From Lama guanicoe (lineage: Eukaryota), in the NCBI GenBank assembly GCA_013239625.1, contig MU053652.1, positions 8,692,077 through 8,756,076 on the forward strand: 64,000 nucleotides of DNA, read 5' to 3'. Under the pieces are notes generated by a model that did no database searches, was not told the DNA's origin, and was given only the letters and a program-made list of their open reading frames with translations. The position numbers and the translations under genes were made by a program. Positions within the stretch are counted from its first letter, which is position 1. Every line of letters begins with the position of its first letter. This document shows, in pieces, positions 39,720 to 51,255 of the stretch.

Positions 39720-41190
39720 TTTTAGTTATCCGGATTGATACTGGACAGCATAGCCTTCTGCCTGGATGTCTTCACTTGAGTATCTTTCAGGCTCTGAAAT
39801 TCAACACATTCAAAATAGAAATGATTCGTTTTCACCTTTAACACCCTCCTCCTTTCTGTTTACCAGCTCGGTATGTGGTACCTTTATCTACAGAGATGCC
39901 CAAGCCAGAAACATGGGCATTTAATCATTTCTTTCTCTTTCTCATCTCCTCATCTAAATCCTATTGATTCTGCTTCCGCCATGCCCAACAAATCTCTCTC
40001 TCCCCACATCTTTATTGCTGGCATCTTTGTTGGGGTGCCCCCTGACTTTATTTCAGGAGTCTCTATTTGGTCTCCCTGCCTCCGTTCTTGCCTCTACTTC
40101 AGTCCAATTTCTAAAACATGGATGTGATTATATCCTTTCCCTAGACATTTTTTAGTGACTTCCCTTTGCCTTCAGGATGAAGTCTGGCATGAAAGAATCT
40201 ACATTTACCTGACCCCCACTTACCTCTCCACCCCACCTCTGGCACAGCATTTCCAAGCAGGAGGGCTATTGCATTTTTATGGGAGCAGCTTCGTCAGTGG
40301 AACTATCCCCTCTGTCACAGGTATTTAGCTTCCAGGCCTCTGCCCGCACACATTGTTAAATGCATCTCACAGGAGGAGGCACCATCGCTGGGGAGAACCA
40401 CTGTTGGCCCTCACCGGTGGCCTGCCGACCTTTCATTCTGCACCTGGCTGCCTGCTGTTCCCTGAAGGCTTCAGTTTAGGGTGCTCTCCTTTGTGAAGCC
40501 ATCCTAACCCTTGCTCCCCATTTCCCCAAGAAGGCTTACTTATCAGCTGTGTGTACTCTGTCCCTGGAACTCTCAATCTTTGTTATAGTTGCCTCTGTCT
40601 GCTGCTCCCCCAAATCTCTGAGCTCCATTGTTATGGAAACGACAGGCCAGTCAAGAAACAAGCACCACTCGGAGGGTTGGAGTACTCAGATGTATTACGC
40701 CGGCGGGCTCAGAGGGGCTTCTGCTCCGAAGCTCTGAGCACCTCCAAGACGTGCGCATGAGGTTTTATAGGGTAAAGTACAAGCTTGGGGTATTCGGCCA
40801 ATAGGCATGGAACAGCTTTAGCAGCATCATCATCACAAAAGTGGAGGCGGGGAGGCAGCAAACCAACATTCCAAAGCCAGATATGTATCTTTGAAAACCC
40901 AGCTGGCTAGCAAAAAACATGAACAGCAAACTAACACTAATTAACCTAGATTTACAAGTTAGTCCAGCAGAACTCAGATCAGTATTCCGATACTTAGATT
41001 TGTGAGTTATCTTGTTAGCCCAGCCCAGCCTCTCCTTCACATTCCTAGACTTTGTGAGTTATCTTGTTAGACCAGCCCGGTTTTTCCTTCACACCATGAA
41101 GGCAGAGGCTGGGTCTTGTTCAGCCTCATGTTCCCAGTATCTGGCTCAGTGACTGTCCTCTATTTGATAAAGCGTTTGACCTCAAATAAC
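39720..41190 (+). mobile_element. Fragmented LINE-2, interrupted by the solo LTR at 40629-41093
   Basis: tctgcctggatgtcttcac...ccaagccagaaacatgggc. Removing the LTR rejoins the L2 tail: ctgagctccat|gaaggcagaggctgggtcttgttca. Confidence 0.7.
40629..41093 (-). mobile_element. Solo ERV LTR (ERV1-class by its 4-bp TSD), 465 bp
   Basis: TG...CA termini and exact TSD CCAT at 40625-40628 and 41094-41097. Minus-strand TATAAAA (40763-40769) and AATACA poly(A)-like signal (40691-40696). CpGs are retained. Confidence 0.9.
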
Positions 41191-43027
41191 TGACAACAAT
41201 ATTCTCTTGAATCTATGAAGCATCACTGAGAGTAACTCATCTATAAGGAGATTACTGATTAACACAAATTAGCTATGCATGTAAAACTGACAACCGTCTA
41301 GTATTCACTCATGAGAAAGTTAAACCTGAGTCTCAATGGACTTAAGAGCAGCTGGGAGCCAGTTGTCACCCTAATTTCCACCCGCTACACAGTGAAATAC
41401 AATCTGCTAAATTACAATGTACAAATCACTTTCTGTGGCCCAGATCTTCACAAATTGCAAATAACACAACACTGGCTTCCCGTTTTGCATTTCCAGAACA
41501 TTTGTGCAGTCACAAAAATGTTATATATTATTAAAATCTCCTCTATAAATCACATGGAGTTTCTTGGAGAAAATGTCCTTTAAATTTCAGCTGGAATTGT
41601 AATGTTCTTTAAAACTATTATAATACTCTGATTTTTTTAAGTATATACATATGGGTACTTTTCAAAAAGACATCTTTTTAGTAAAGGTAGAATATTTTTT
41701 ATTTAACCAAATAGACAACTGTGCTTGTTTCACTTAAAAACTTTCCACCCACATTGCTTACTTCTAACTTCTGCATATGTAAATAAGGATTAACAAAGCA
41801 ACAGCTGAAAAAACATATGCACATAGGTAATTAAGGAAAAGGAAGTTGTAGTTCCAAAATAATTGAATATCTAACCAGGCAACTCAATTCCATCTATTTT
41901 GTAAATATATATGATTTTGACGGTCAAAGGACCTAGGTGGTATTTCGTGTTCTAAAACCATATTATTCCCTTTACAAAAGTTAAGAAGATGCCAAATCTG
42001 GCTTTACACAAGTTCTGTACGCTTCAGCCGAAAAACATGACAGGCGTATTTTTACATGATTAAATTGGAATAGAATCCACAGTTACGTTTTGTGATTCTT
42101 CTGAAGTTAGAAACGTATCAGACATATGATGATTGGTTACCTTAATGTTTGTGAGGTGTTAAAAGGGAAATTGGAGACAAAGTCTTTTCCAATGTTGTTA
42201 TTATTTGATTTTACAATATGTACAAATAGACTCTGCCTCAGTATTTCATTATGATTTCAGGAAAAGACTTTTTTAGTGAATAAAAGATCTATCAGAGAGT
42301 CATTGCCTGGAGAAAATCATGGTTACTACTTAAGCAGTCATGTAGCATTTAATCCTCATGAAGTACTCTGTGCTAATTCTCTCCTTAGGCAGGTGGTGAT
42401 GGGATAAGAAAAGTGTACTCAAAAAGACAAGTGGAAAAATAAAGCAAAATCGTTTTGTTCAAGCACCAAGAAGCTTAAATAAATGTAAGCTCTCAAAAAA
42501 GGAAATGTTTAGTGAATAAATTACTAAAACACACCTGTTACTCATGAACACATTTTGCTTAAAGAAAGTTCCACTTCTTCACATTTGGCGGTTGGCTGAG
42601 ACCAGGACTGGGTAAGAAATGAGCAGCAGCCTCAGGTAAACACACTTGAAATATGTGCAAGTGTGGTTTATCTGCCGTGTCAGTGCTGATATGCCGATCT
42701 TCACGTGTTTTAGAATCTTTCTGAACCACTATAAATATACTAAAGTTGCTGAAGATAGTATTTTAGTTTAAGGTTCTATTTTAAAATACAGAGCAGCTTT
42801 CAGATTCAGGTGATTACTCTTACTTAACAACATCCTCCCACCTTGGGTTGGCCCCATTATCCGTACAGCTGTGTTTGTCTGTAAACATGAAACGTTTTCT
42901 GTACTTTTTGTGTATATTAATGGAGGCCTGTTCTGGGGCTCTTGTACATGCCGCTTGTGCAGTGGTCCGACGTGGCAGTAATTAAAGCAGCACACTTCCT
43001 GCTCTGACTCCGTTCTTCCTCTGTATA

Positions 43028-43240
43028 CAGTGAGTCCCCCACATCCATGGGTTCCCTGCGGCAGATTCAGCCAACCGCACTAGATCCACAGCTGATGAAT
43101 CAGTGGGTGTGGAGCGAACCAGATACCAGGACCGACCGTCCCTACAGCATTTTAATGGGGGACTTGAGCATCCATGGGTTTACGTTAGGTGAGGGGGATC
43201 CTGGAACCATTCTCCCACAGATACCAAGGGATGACTGACT
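43028..43240. mobile_element. TcMar-Tigger MITE (MER2-like)
   Basis: ta|cagtgagtcccccacatccatgggttcc...gacttgagcatccatgggttt...atcctggaaccattctcccacagataccaagggatgactg with degenerate TIRs. Confidence 0.8.
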
Positions 43241-43339
43241 GTGTGGTGCAGTAAAATACACTATCAAGAAATCTTGATCGTTCAACTACTGTGGCTCTCT
43301 TTCTAGTCCTTTGAGGCCTGGTTAGAATAAAGTAAGTAG

Positions 43340-43870
43340 TGTCATTCATTCATTCAACAAATAATTACCGAGCTGTGCTCTATGCTAAGAGCTGCACAGG
43401 TACCAGGTTTGAAACGACTAAGATCAAGAATAGCTGTGGCAAATGCACTTGCCATCTACAGCAATGAGACGGCCACACGCAGGGAAACACCCAGGAACAC
43501 GCCGTTACAAGCCGAGTGACTGCTTTGAAGAAAAGGAGTATGATTCTAGGCAAATGTGTGGCACAATGATCTGAATTATTTGAAGGATTGTCCAGCGCTG
43601 CAAACGAGATGGTTAGGGAAGTCTTTCTGAGAGAGTAACCCTCGAGCTGTCAACGGAAAGACGAATGGTAGTTAACCGGACGGTGACAGAGGGTAATGAG
43701 ACAGTGAGGAGTCAGTGCTGCTAACGGAGGAACAGGCTGGTTCAGTGCCACAGCTGTTTCTATGGAGCCTTCTGGATGGGCACAGACTGGGGACAGAATG
43801 GTTGAAATGAAGCCTGAGGAACAGCTGAGGACCGGGTATGCCCAACCGTGAGAGCTGTACTAAGGACATT
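43340..43870 (-). mobile_element. LINE-2 3' region
   Basis: tcattcattcattcaacaaataattaccgagctgtgctctatgctaag...ggttagggaagtctttctgagagagtaaccctcgagctg. Confidence 0.7.
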
Positions 43871-46800
43871 CATCCTCATTCTGTTGTCTTTGTTCCCTAT
43901 CTTCCTTTTCTCTTTCATCCTTACCCATCTTCTGTGGCACAAACCTCAGTGTACTTAAGAGTTTTGGCTTTTGTTTATAAACATAGTAATTAGTAATTCT
44001 CAGAGCTGTAGCACCTCGCCAGAGAAAAGAAAAAAGATGCTGTCATATTCTGTTATTCATTGGGAAAGAACCATTGTGAGGGCAGCTCATGTAAAACAGC
44101 AGTTTTTTTTTCTTCTCTCATTGTTGCAGGAAGCTAGTTAGTAAATAGGTATTCATTCAGGCTTGGTTACTCCAGCTCTGTGCCAGATAAAGAGCGTTAC
44201 CAATCTTGTAATCATGCTTGTCAGGTTGCGATGGACCCTCTTCTCCTGTACTCTTTTTCCCGGTTTATCATTTTCTGATTTTCCCGTACTTTAGCTGACT
44301 TTTTTGCATCGCACCAAGTCGTCGTCATCTGCCTGTCCCGTCCAGTGCCACGTGGTGCTCTGCGTGCACCATCACTTCCCTATTACGTGATTTGGTCTGT
44401 TTCTTGGCTCTGGTCGTTCCAGTCAGCTCACCTCTGTAGCTGTTCTTTACATTTTATCATTATCACCACCATTTAAAAATAAGACTCTTTTGGTAGCCAT
44501 AGTAGCTCAAGAACAGAGTAAATGAAGGAAGAAACGAAAACGAAAAATCCTGAGCTGCCCTCTGCACATACCAGCCAAAATGGGGGAGACACCTGCCAGA
44601 TGGTCTGGAATCTTAGGAGAGAGAAGTTCTTCTCTGGAGTAGATTTCCTTCTGATACATTGATGGCAGATGCTCCAAGTAGACTGTAAGGTTCTTAGTCT
44701 GACCAGGATAAGCACCAGCTTTGCACAGCCACAAAGTACTATGAGGACTGGAGTTTTAATTTTGTTTCAGAATCTTTTCCAAACAGAACCCGTAATGTTG
44801 AATAAAGATTTCAGGAATTCCAAATATCTTACATGATATCTTAGCCTTTGATGCAACATTCCCCAAAGTGCTTCCTACCTTGAGATTGGGTACCATGACT
44901 ACGTGAAGATAACCAACTGCCTTACATGCACTGATTACAGAGTAGAGAAAGCCCAAACATGCATGCACCTTGTTTTCTGGAGCTAATTCAGCACTGATGG
45001 ACTTCCCAGAAGTCAAAGAACTAACTACAAAAACTTCATCACCCCCTAGTACGGCTAAAGCCTGTGGAGTTTGAGGACCTGTCTTCTATCATACTTGATG
45101 TATTTGCTGCTGCGTTCTGCTGCAAACAGAATGTAAGTCCCTCACCAGGCTGCTGTCCTTTCAGAGAAACTGGGAAGAGAAAGCAGTCAGGAATTGGTCA
45201 TTTGGACCTCTGGCCTGACATCAGGAAAATGGGGTGCTCAGGGGAACTGAGAACAATCATGTATTTGGTACGCCTTCTCGCTTTCCAGGCATGGTGACAG
45301 ACGTCTTCTTATTGATTGCATTCATTCCTCTAAGTACTTACGTCAGGGAAGGCGTGTTACTATTAGCATTTTCTAGATTCAAAAATGGATCCTCAAAAAG
45401 TTGGACATACCTGGTTTAACTCAGCTCTCCAAACCCAGTCCTCTTAGACTACAGAGTCCATATATTTTTTTTAAAACACCGTCATCTTTTCTCTTGAACA
45501 TGAAGTATGTACTTGACGTGTCCAGAGCACAGTGGTGGTTGCAGGGAGGGATATAGCGTGAGTTGCTAAGACAGATCACAGACGTAGGAGGATAATGTGG
45601 TGGATAGTGGACCTCTGTCTTCACGCGACGGCCACTGTGCACCTTTAATCAGCACTAATGTGTTTATGTTTCATGCTCCGCCCTCTCCCACAAGCCGAAT
45701 CCTTGGAGGTTGCAGTCTGTTTTCTTTCATCTTTGTATCTTTAACATTCATCCCTACAATGGGCACATACTACGTGCTTATTGACTGTGATTTCAGAGGT
45801 TGCCCAAGTGAGACGCAAATGAAAGAAAGTGTCGTTCTGAAAATGTTTCTTCAAGTGCCAACTAGGTAAGTTATGGAGAAACAGAAATCACTACCCATCC
45901 TGTAAAACCTTGATGGAGTTCCCAGTATCTCATAAGCATCACTTTCTCAAAAAATCAGTTTAAATGTCCTGAATTTTTAAAAGTATGTCTGTTGCATTTA
46001 TGTTCTAGAGTATCACACAATTCAGTAGTTACTAGCCACCAGAAATCCACAAAAAATAGGGATACCTTTTCCTGAGTGGCACGGTGTAGGACTCATAGGA
46101 TCTAAAAGCAGCGGGTGCCGGCAGAGACTGCGGTCTGTGAAAATGACCAGGCCCCACTGCTGGACCAGACTCCTCCTGAAGCTGCTTGTGATGTCCCCTC
46201 CATGCAGTGTGCTGGAGGACAGGTGCTCCACTGGATGCTCTTGGGGCTGGTTTGGGGCGCTGCAATGTTTTGCATATTTTGGTGTCTGCTTGCTTCACTT
46301 CCATACACCGTGCCCTCTTTGAGTGCTTGGTGCTTTTGGCTCAGCCCCTCGGGAAGGGTCCCGGCTGACTCCTACCCTTTCCAGAATCTGAGATGTTTGG
46401 ATAATCCAGGGACGTCTCCTGTTGCTCCCAAGCTACTCTGTGCACTTGGAAAATCTTTTTATTTCTCCTCAAGAGTCATTTAGGGAAGAGAAAGACAGTA
46501 GTTTTATCTGCAGAGGGACCCCAGGAGGACTTTTTCTAGGGGAAAAAGGCTTACTTTTGAAACAAACCTGCATAGATGATTCAAGCCCGGGTTCCACTTT
46601 CAGCCCTCCTGCCCCCAACCCCATGTTACTGCTCAAAGACACAACCAAGAGTGTTTTACCTTTGGAGCAGCCAGAAACAGCTAAGGAGCATTTGCTTTTA
46701 AACATAAGTCATTAAGAATAGGACGCACTAACATTATAGTGCTTTAGCAATTCCGAGGCCTTTATATAAAGCAAGATACTTTCATGCCCATGTCTAGCCC

Positions 46801-46871
46801 CAAAGAACATTAGCCCCCACTGGAAGCTCTATCAAATTAAAGATTGTTGGAAGATCCACTAAAGCAAGTAC

Positions 46872-47085
46872 CAGCTGACCCCTTGAACAACATGGGTTTG
46901 AAATGCGCGGGTCCACTTATACATGGATTTTTTTTTTTAACTAGTCATTACTACAGTACAACACCATCCAAGTTGGTTGAATCCACAGATATGTATATAG
47001 GGACAGCTGACTATAAGTTACACTCGGATTTTCAACTTTGCAGAGCGTCAGCACCCCAACCCCCACGTTGTTCAAGGGTCAACTG
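46872..47085. mobile_element. TcMar-Tigger2-family MITE
   Basis: Terminal inverted repeats cagctgaccccttgaacaac ... gttgttcaagggtcaactg. Confidence 0.85.
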
Positions 47086-48368
47086 TGCTAGTAACTGATA
47101 GACGTTCCAACTTACTAGTAACAGTATGCTGTACTGGTTAGGGATAATTATAACCTAATAGTTGGAAACACTGTATTTTAAGTTTCCTTTTATCTTTAAA
47201 GAGGAATACATTAATTCTATGACATTCGAGAGGGGTTTTTAAAAATTCATTTCAAATAATACGTCCACCTTTTACTTCCGTGTCAAAAACCAGAAAAAGC
47301 AAATTGGTGTTCTCACATACGCTTCAAAGTCATGAGTATAACAGGATGAACACACATTGGTAAGTTTCAGTAAGTGACTAATTATTGGTTATGCAGGATA
47401 TTGTGCTCATTTTTACAGCACTGCATTTTGTTATTTAAAGCTCTTTCTAGGGATTTGCGTGTGTACAGCAAACTTTCTCCTTTAAAGTTAAATTAATTTA
47501 TCTTATATATCAGTTATTTAGCCTGTCTTCCTATGTGTAAGTTCTTAAAAATCTTGGTTTCCATCTTATAGAGAGTCAGTCTTTTATTTTTTTTTTTGTA
47601 CTATCTTGACCAAGTAAAATTGTAATGCGAGATATGACAAACGGTTCGGTTTAAAATTAGATGCTTCAAGCTAATATCTGTGAACTATCCTGCTATGAGG
47701 GAGAAAAAGGAAAATGCTTGTGAGAGATTATGTCTTCTGTCTTTTCTGAAACCTGATTATGTGCTAACATGCTTGCTAGACTTGCTCAGAAGAAAATGGT
47801 ACAAATAGAATATAATCGCTCTACTCTGGATATGGGGGTTTAATGGTATGAATACTTCATAAATGAAATATAGACCTTAGATGAAATTTTATCCTATTTC
47901 TCTTGAGGCTTTAGCAATCTTGAGAGCAGGAAAATGGAGCTGTCTCTGAAAAGAAGGAGAAACATCCAATAAGACAGTAAGAGTGCGAATGAAGGGAAAG
48001 CTCTTAGGATTTTTCTTTCATTATGAAACTGATCATCACTCAGTGCAAGCTGTCCCCAAATATTGTTCCACCTTAAATTGAAAGGTGTCACCCCAGGATT
48101 TCTTCTCCCTTTGTCATGGTGAAGAAACAGATAACTCTATATTGTCTTTTCATCATATTAAAAAGTTTTCGTGTGATATTTTTGAATGATCCTCCCAAAA
48201 GCTTAGAGTGATAAACCTTAGTTACTCTAAAGAATATTTTTTATTTCTTCTATTAAGATTTGCATCACATCAGCATTTTTTGACTGTAAAATGTCTTTTA
48301 TAGGAAGATGAAAGGTAATGTGCAAAAATGGGTTGAGATTCAATTCAAAATATGTCTCAGTTTATAAC

Positions 48369-48530
48369 TCTCTCCTTTCTAAGTTGGTCTTTTATTCATC
48401 CTCCTTTATTTCTCTCCTCTTTACCCTCTTTCTCCAGTGTTGTTCTCTCCTTTTCACCCCTACTTTCTCTCTCTCTCCCCCACTCTCTTTCTCTTCCTGT
48501 TTCTTTTTCTCTCCTTTGTCCTGTTTTGCT
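48369..48530 (+). repeat. CT-rich polypyrimidine low-complexity tract
   Basis: About 160 nt dominated by C and T (ctctcctctttaccctctttctcc...ttctttttctctcctttgtcctgtttt). Confidence 0.9.
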
Positions 48531-49074
48531 GTTAGTTGATGTCTGTCTCTGTAGTTTCTGATGTTGTCTGATGTCACCATTTTATAAAACTGATTAAAAC
48601 TGTAATGTTCAAAACTGTCAAATTTTTTTTTTCAGGTATGTATCATTTTGCTTTGTAACGGCAGCACTAAAGGAATGCAACCACGGGTCCTAACAGTAAT
48701 AGTTCGCATTCTGTATGTACTTCCTGTATGACAGGTGCTGTGTCGTGATGGGTGTTGATATGAACCGCCTTCGTTTATACCTCAGCAGTTGTATGAGGGA
48801 CGTGTTAGGAAGTTATGGGAAAGTTGCTTGCCTGGAGCCCCTTTGCGTGTCGGGATTGTTATTGGAGCCCACAGACTCCCCTGGGATCTGCACCCTTGAG
48901 CCCTGTCTCAGCGCCACTGTACTCCATTGTAGGCGAGGGCTCAGGCACTGGTTCTGTTTTTTTTTAATCAATCTTACTTCTCCCCCTCCACGTCTTTATA
49001 TGGAACTATTTAGAACAATGTTGTAATGTCTGTCATTAATTTCATTAAAGTTGTTATATAGATTTTTATAACAA

Positions 49075-49240
49075 TTTTTTATTAAAAAATTTTAATTGAA
49101 GTACAGTTGCTGTATAATATTATGTAAGTTACAGGTATACAATATGGTGATTCATGAATAATGATTCATGATTCATGATTCATATAAAGGTTATACTCCA
49201 TTTATAGTTATTATAAAATATTGGCTATGTCCCCAATATT
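49075..49240 (-). mobile_element. L1 3' end fragment with an internal (GATTCAT)n expansion
   Basis: ttttaattgaagtacagttgctgtataatattatgtaagttacagg...taaaggttatactccatttatagttattataaaatattggcta. Confidence 0.8.
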
Positions 49241-50769
49241 TCATTATTAATATTTGATATATAGCTATGCAGAATGATCCCTTTGGTTCTGTTGAAAGGA
49301 TAAGGTAGTATACTTTGATGTCGCAAATGAAAATGTGATTTGTTGGATAAATGTTATCTGCGTGGCCTAGGAAGTCATGCTGTAATTTCATTCATTACAA
49401 ATGGGCTGTATTGCCTTGGACACATTATTAACCTCTGTGTTTAAATTTAGATATCTCAAATTGAAATTTCAAATATTTTTGAAGCGTGTCAACAACAGTA
49501 GTGGCAGTAAGTAAGGCAGTTTTTATAAACACTAGCGATCACCCAACATAAACTAATCAATTAAATATATAGAAAATTTGTTTTAAAATATATTCAATAT
49601 ATTTTTAAAGGAAGAAGTTTAAATCTGTTCTACAGAGTAACTATTAAAATTGCAGGGGAGGGATATTTGTTTATAAGAAAACTGAAATTCTAACAGATAG
49701 CCTTGGATTTTGTATTACAATGCGTTATTTTAAAGTTTGATGTTTTACTTACAACAGAGCTATTTGTGGTAAATTTTATTTACTATGTAGGTAAATTATG
49801 AATCAACCTTTTTAATTACTTAGGATAACCTTTTATATTTAAGAACATAAAAAAAATGTCTTGGAATCCTGTCCTTGGTCTTTTATTTTTAATATCTACT
49901 TAAAACCAAGGGAATATATAAAGGATGTTTTCTGCAGCATTTCTTGTAATAGTTAAAATTGGAAACAATCTTAAGGTCCATTACTGGAGAGTGGTTGAAT
50001 AAATGATGACACAGCCATTCAAGGGGAGTGCTTTACAGTCTTAGAAATTGTGTAAATTCATGTACTGATACATAAAGTTCAGTGTGTAGTGTTATGTAAA
50101 AGTGTAAGTTACAGAACAATTGAAATACTCTGCTTATTAGAAATAAGTACACATTTAGGTACACATGCAAGCATATGGATACACACAGAGTCCTGGACCT
50201 GTAGGATACAAATCCCTATTATCATGGAGTTTTAATGGGCACCCTTCATAAACTCGCTTATTCTCGTTCCTTCTACCATCTCTATGTTAATAATTCTCAA
50301 ATCTGTATTTTCATTTGCAGCCTTTTAGTATCAGACAAAAAAGTCCCTCTTGTAGCTTTGACTATGGTAAATGATGTTATCCAGTCATCCAAGTTCCCAT
50401 GAAAATGTAGTTATCTTCACTCCCTTGCCATTAATCTTTGCTTAAGTCTATCATTTTTGAATAAAACTCTGACACACTTGGGCCTTGGGAAGTGACTTAA
50501 AAATGTTGAATTTTTTAAATATAAAAAGCTGCTCTTCCAAAAAAAAATGAAAGAGCTTTCTGTGAAAATGTCTTAATTGCTCATATTAATCAAATACTAT
50601 ATTTAAAAGCATTTATGCAGTGCTTAACAATTTTTAAGTGTTTTCAGTAGTTATTTAATTTTAATTTGTGTAATTGATAAGCAGGGCATTTTTAATGCTT
50701 TTTAAACTAATTCCCTATTTTAAATTACTCAATTAAAAATATAGCCCTGTGTATTTGTAATGGTGAGGT

Positions 50770-50918
50770 CTGGGGATCTGAACTACATGGGTCTACTTAT
50801 ATGTGGCTATTTTTCAGTAGTAAATCCTACAGTACTGCACTGTTGGTGGTTGGTTGAATCTGCAGATAGGGGGAACTGTGGCTATGGAGACTGACTATAA
50901 ATTGTACGAGGATTTACA
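50770..50918. mobile_element. Tigger2-family MITE fragment
   Basis: Homologous to 46872-47085 (gggtctacttatatgtgg...ctacagtac...gttggttgaatc...gactata); lacks termini. Confidence 0.7.
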
Positions 50919-50919
50919 G

Positions 50920-51255
50920 ATGTATGAACTTTTTGTGTATTTTCAAAATTAATCCCTTGTTGGTAGCATCGTTTGTAAATATGTTCTCCCAGACAGTAGG
51001 TTGTCTTTTCTTTTTGTTTGTGCTTTCCTTTGCTGTGCAAAAGCTTTTAAATTTAATTAAATCCCATTTGTTTATTTTTCTTTTTATTTCCATTGCTCAA
51101 GGAGAGAGATCCAAAAAACATACTGCTGTGGTGTATGTCAAAGAGTGTTCTGCCTATGTTTTCCTCCAGGAGTTTTACAGTATCCGATCTTACATTTAGG
51201 TCTTTAATTCATTTTGAGTTTACTTTTACATATGGTTTTAGAGAATGTTCTAATT
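50920..51255 (-). mobile_element. L1 ORF2 C-terminal fragment
   Basis: tttcctttgctgtgcaaaagcttttaaatttaattaaatcccatttg...gtgttctgcctatgttttcctccaggagtttta. Confidence 0.85.

Noticed and set aside
40995..41093. Direct repeats considered as a CRISPR-like or independent array
   Set aside because: Only two imperfect units with no unique spacers, inside an LTR in eukaryotic DNA.
46022..46715. Dense stack of ORFs on both strands
   Set aside because: A locally GC-richer, stop-poor patch with no recognisable protein similarity or convincing exon structure.
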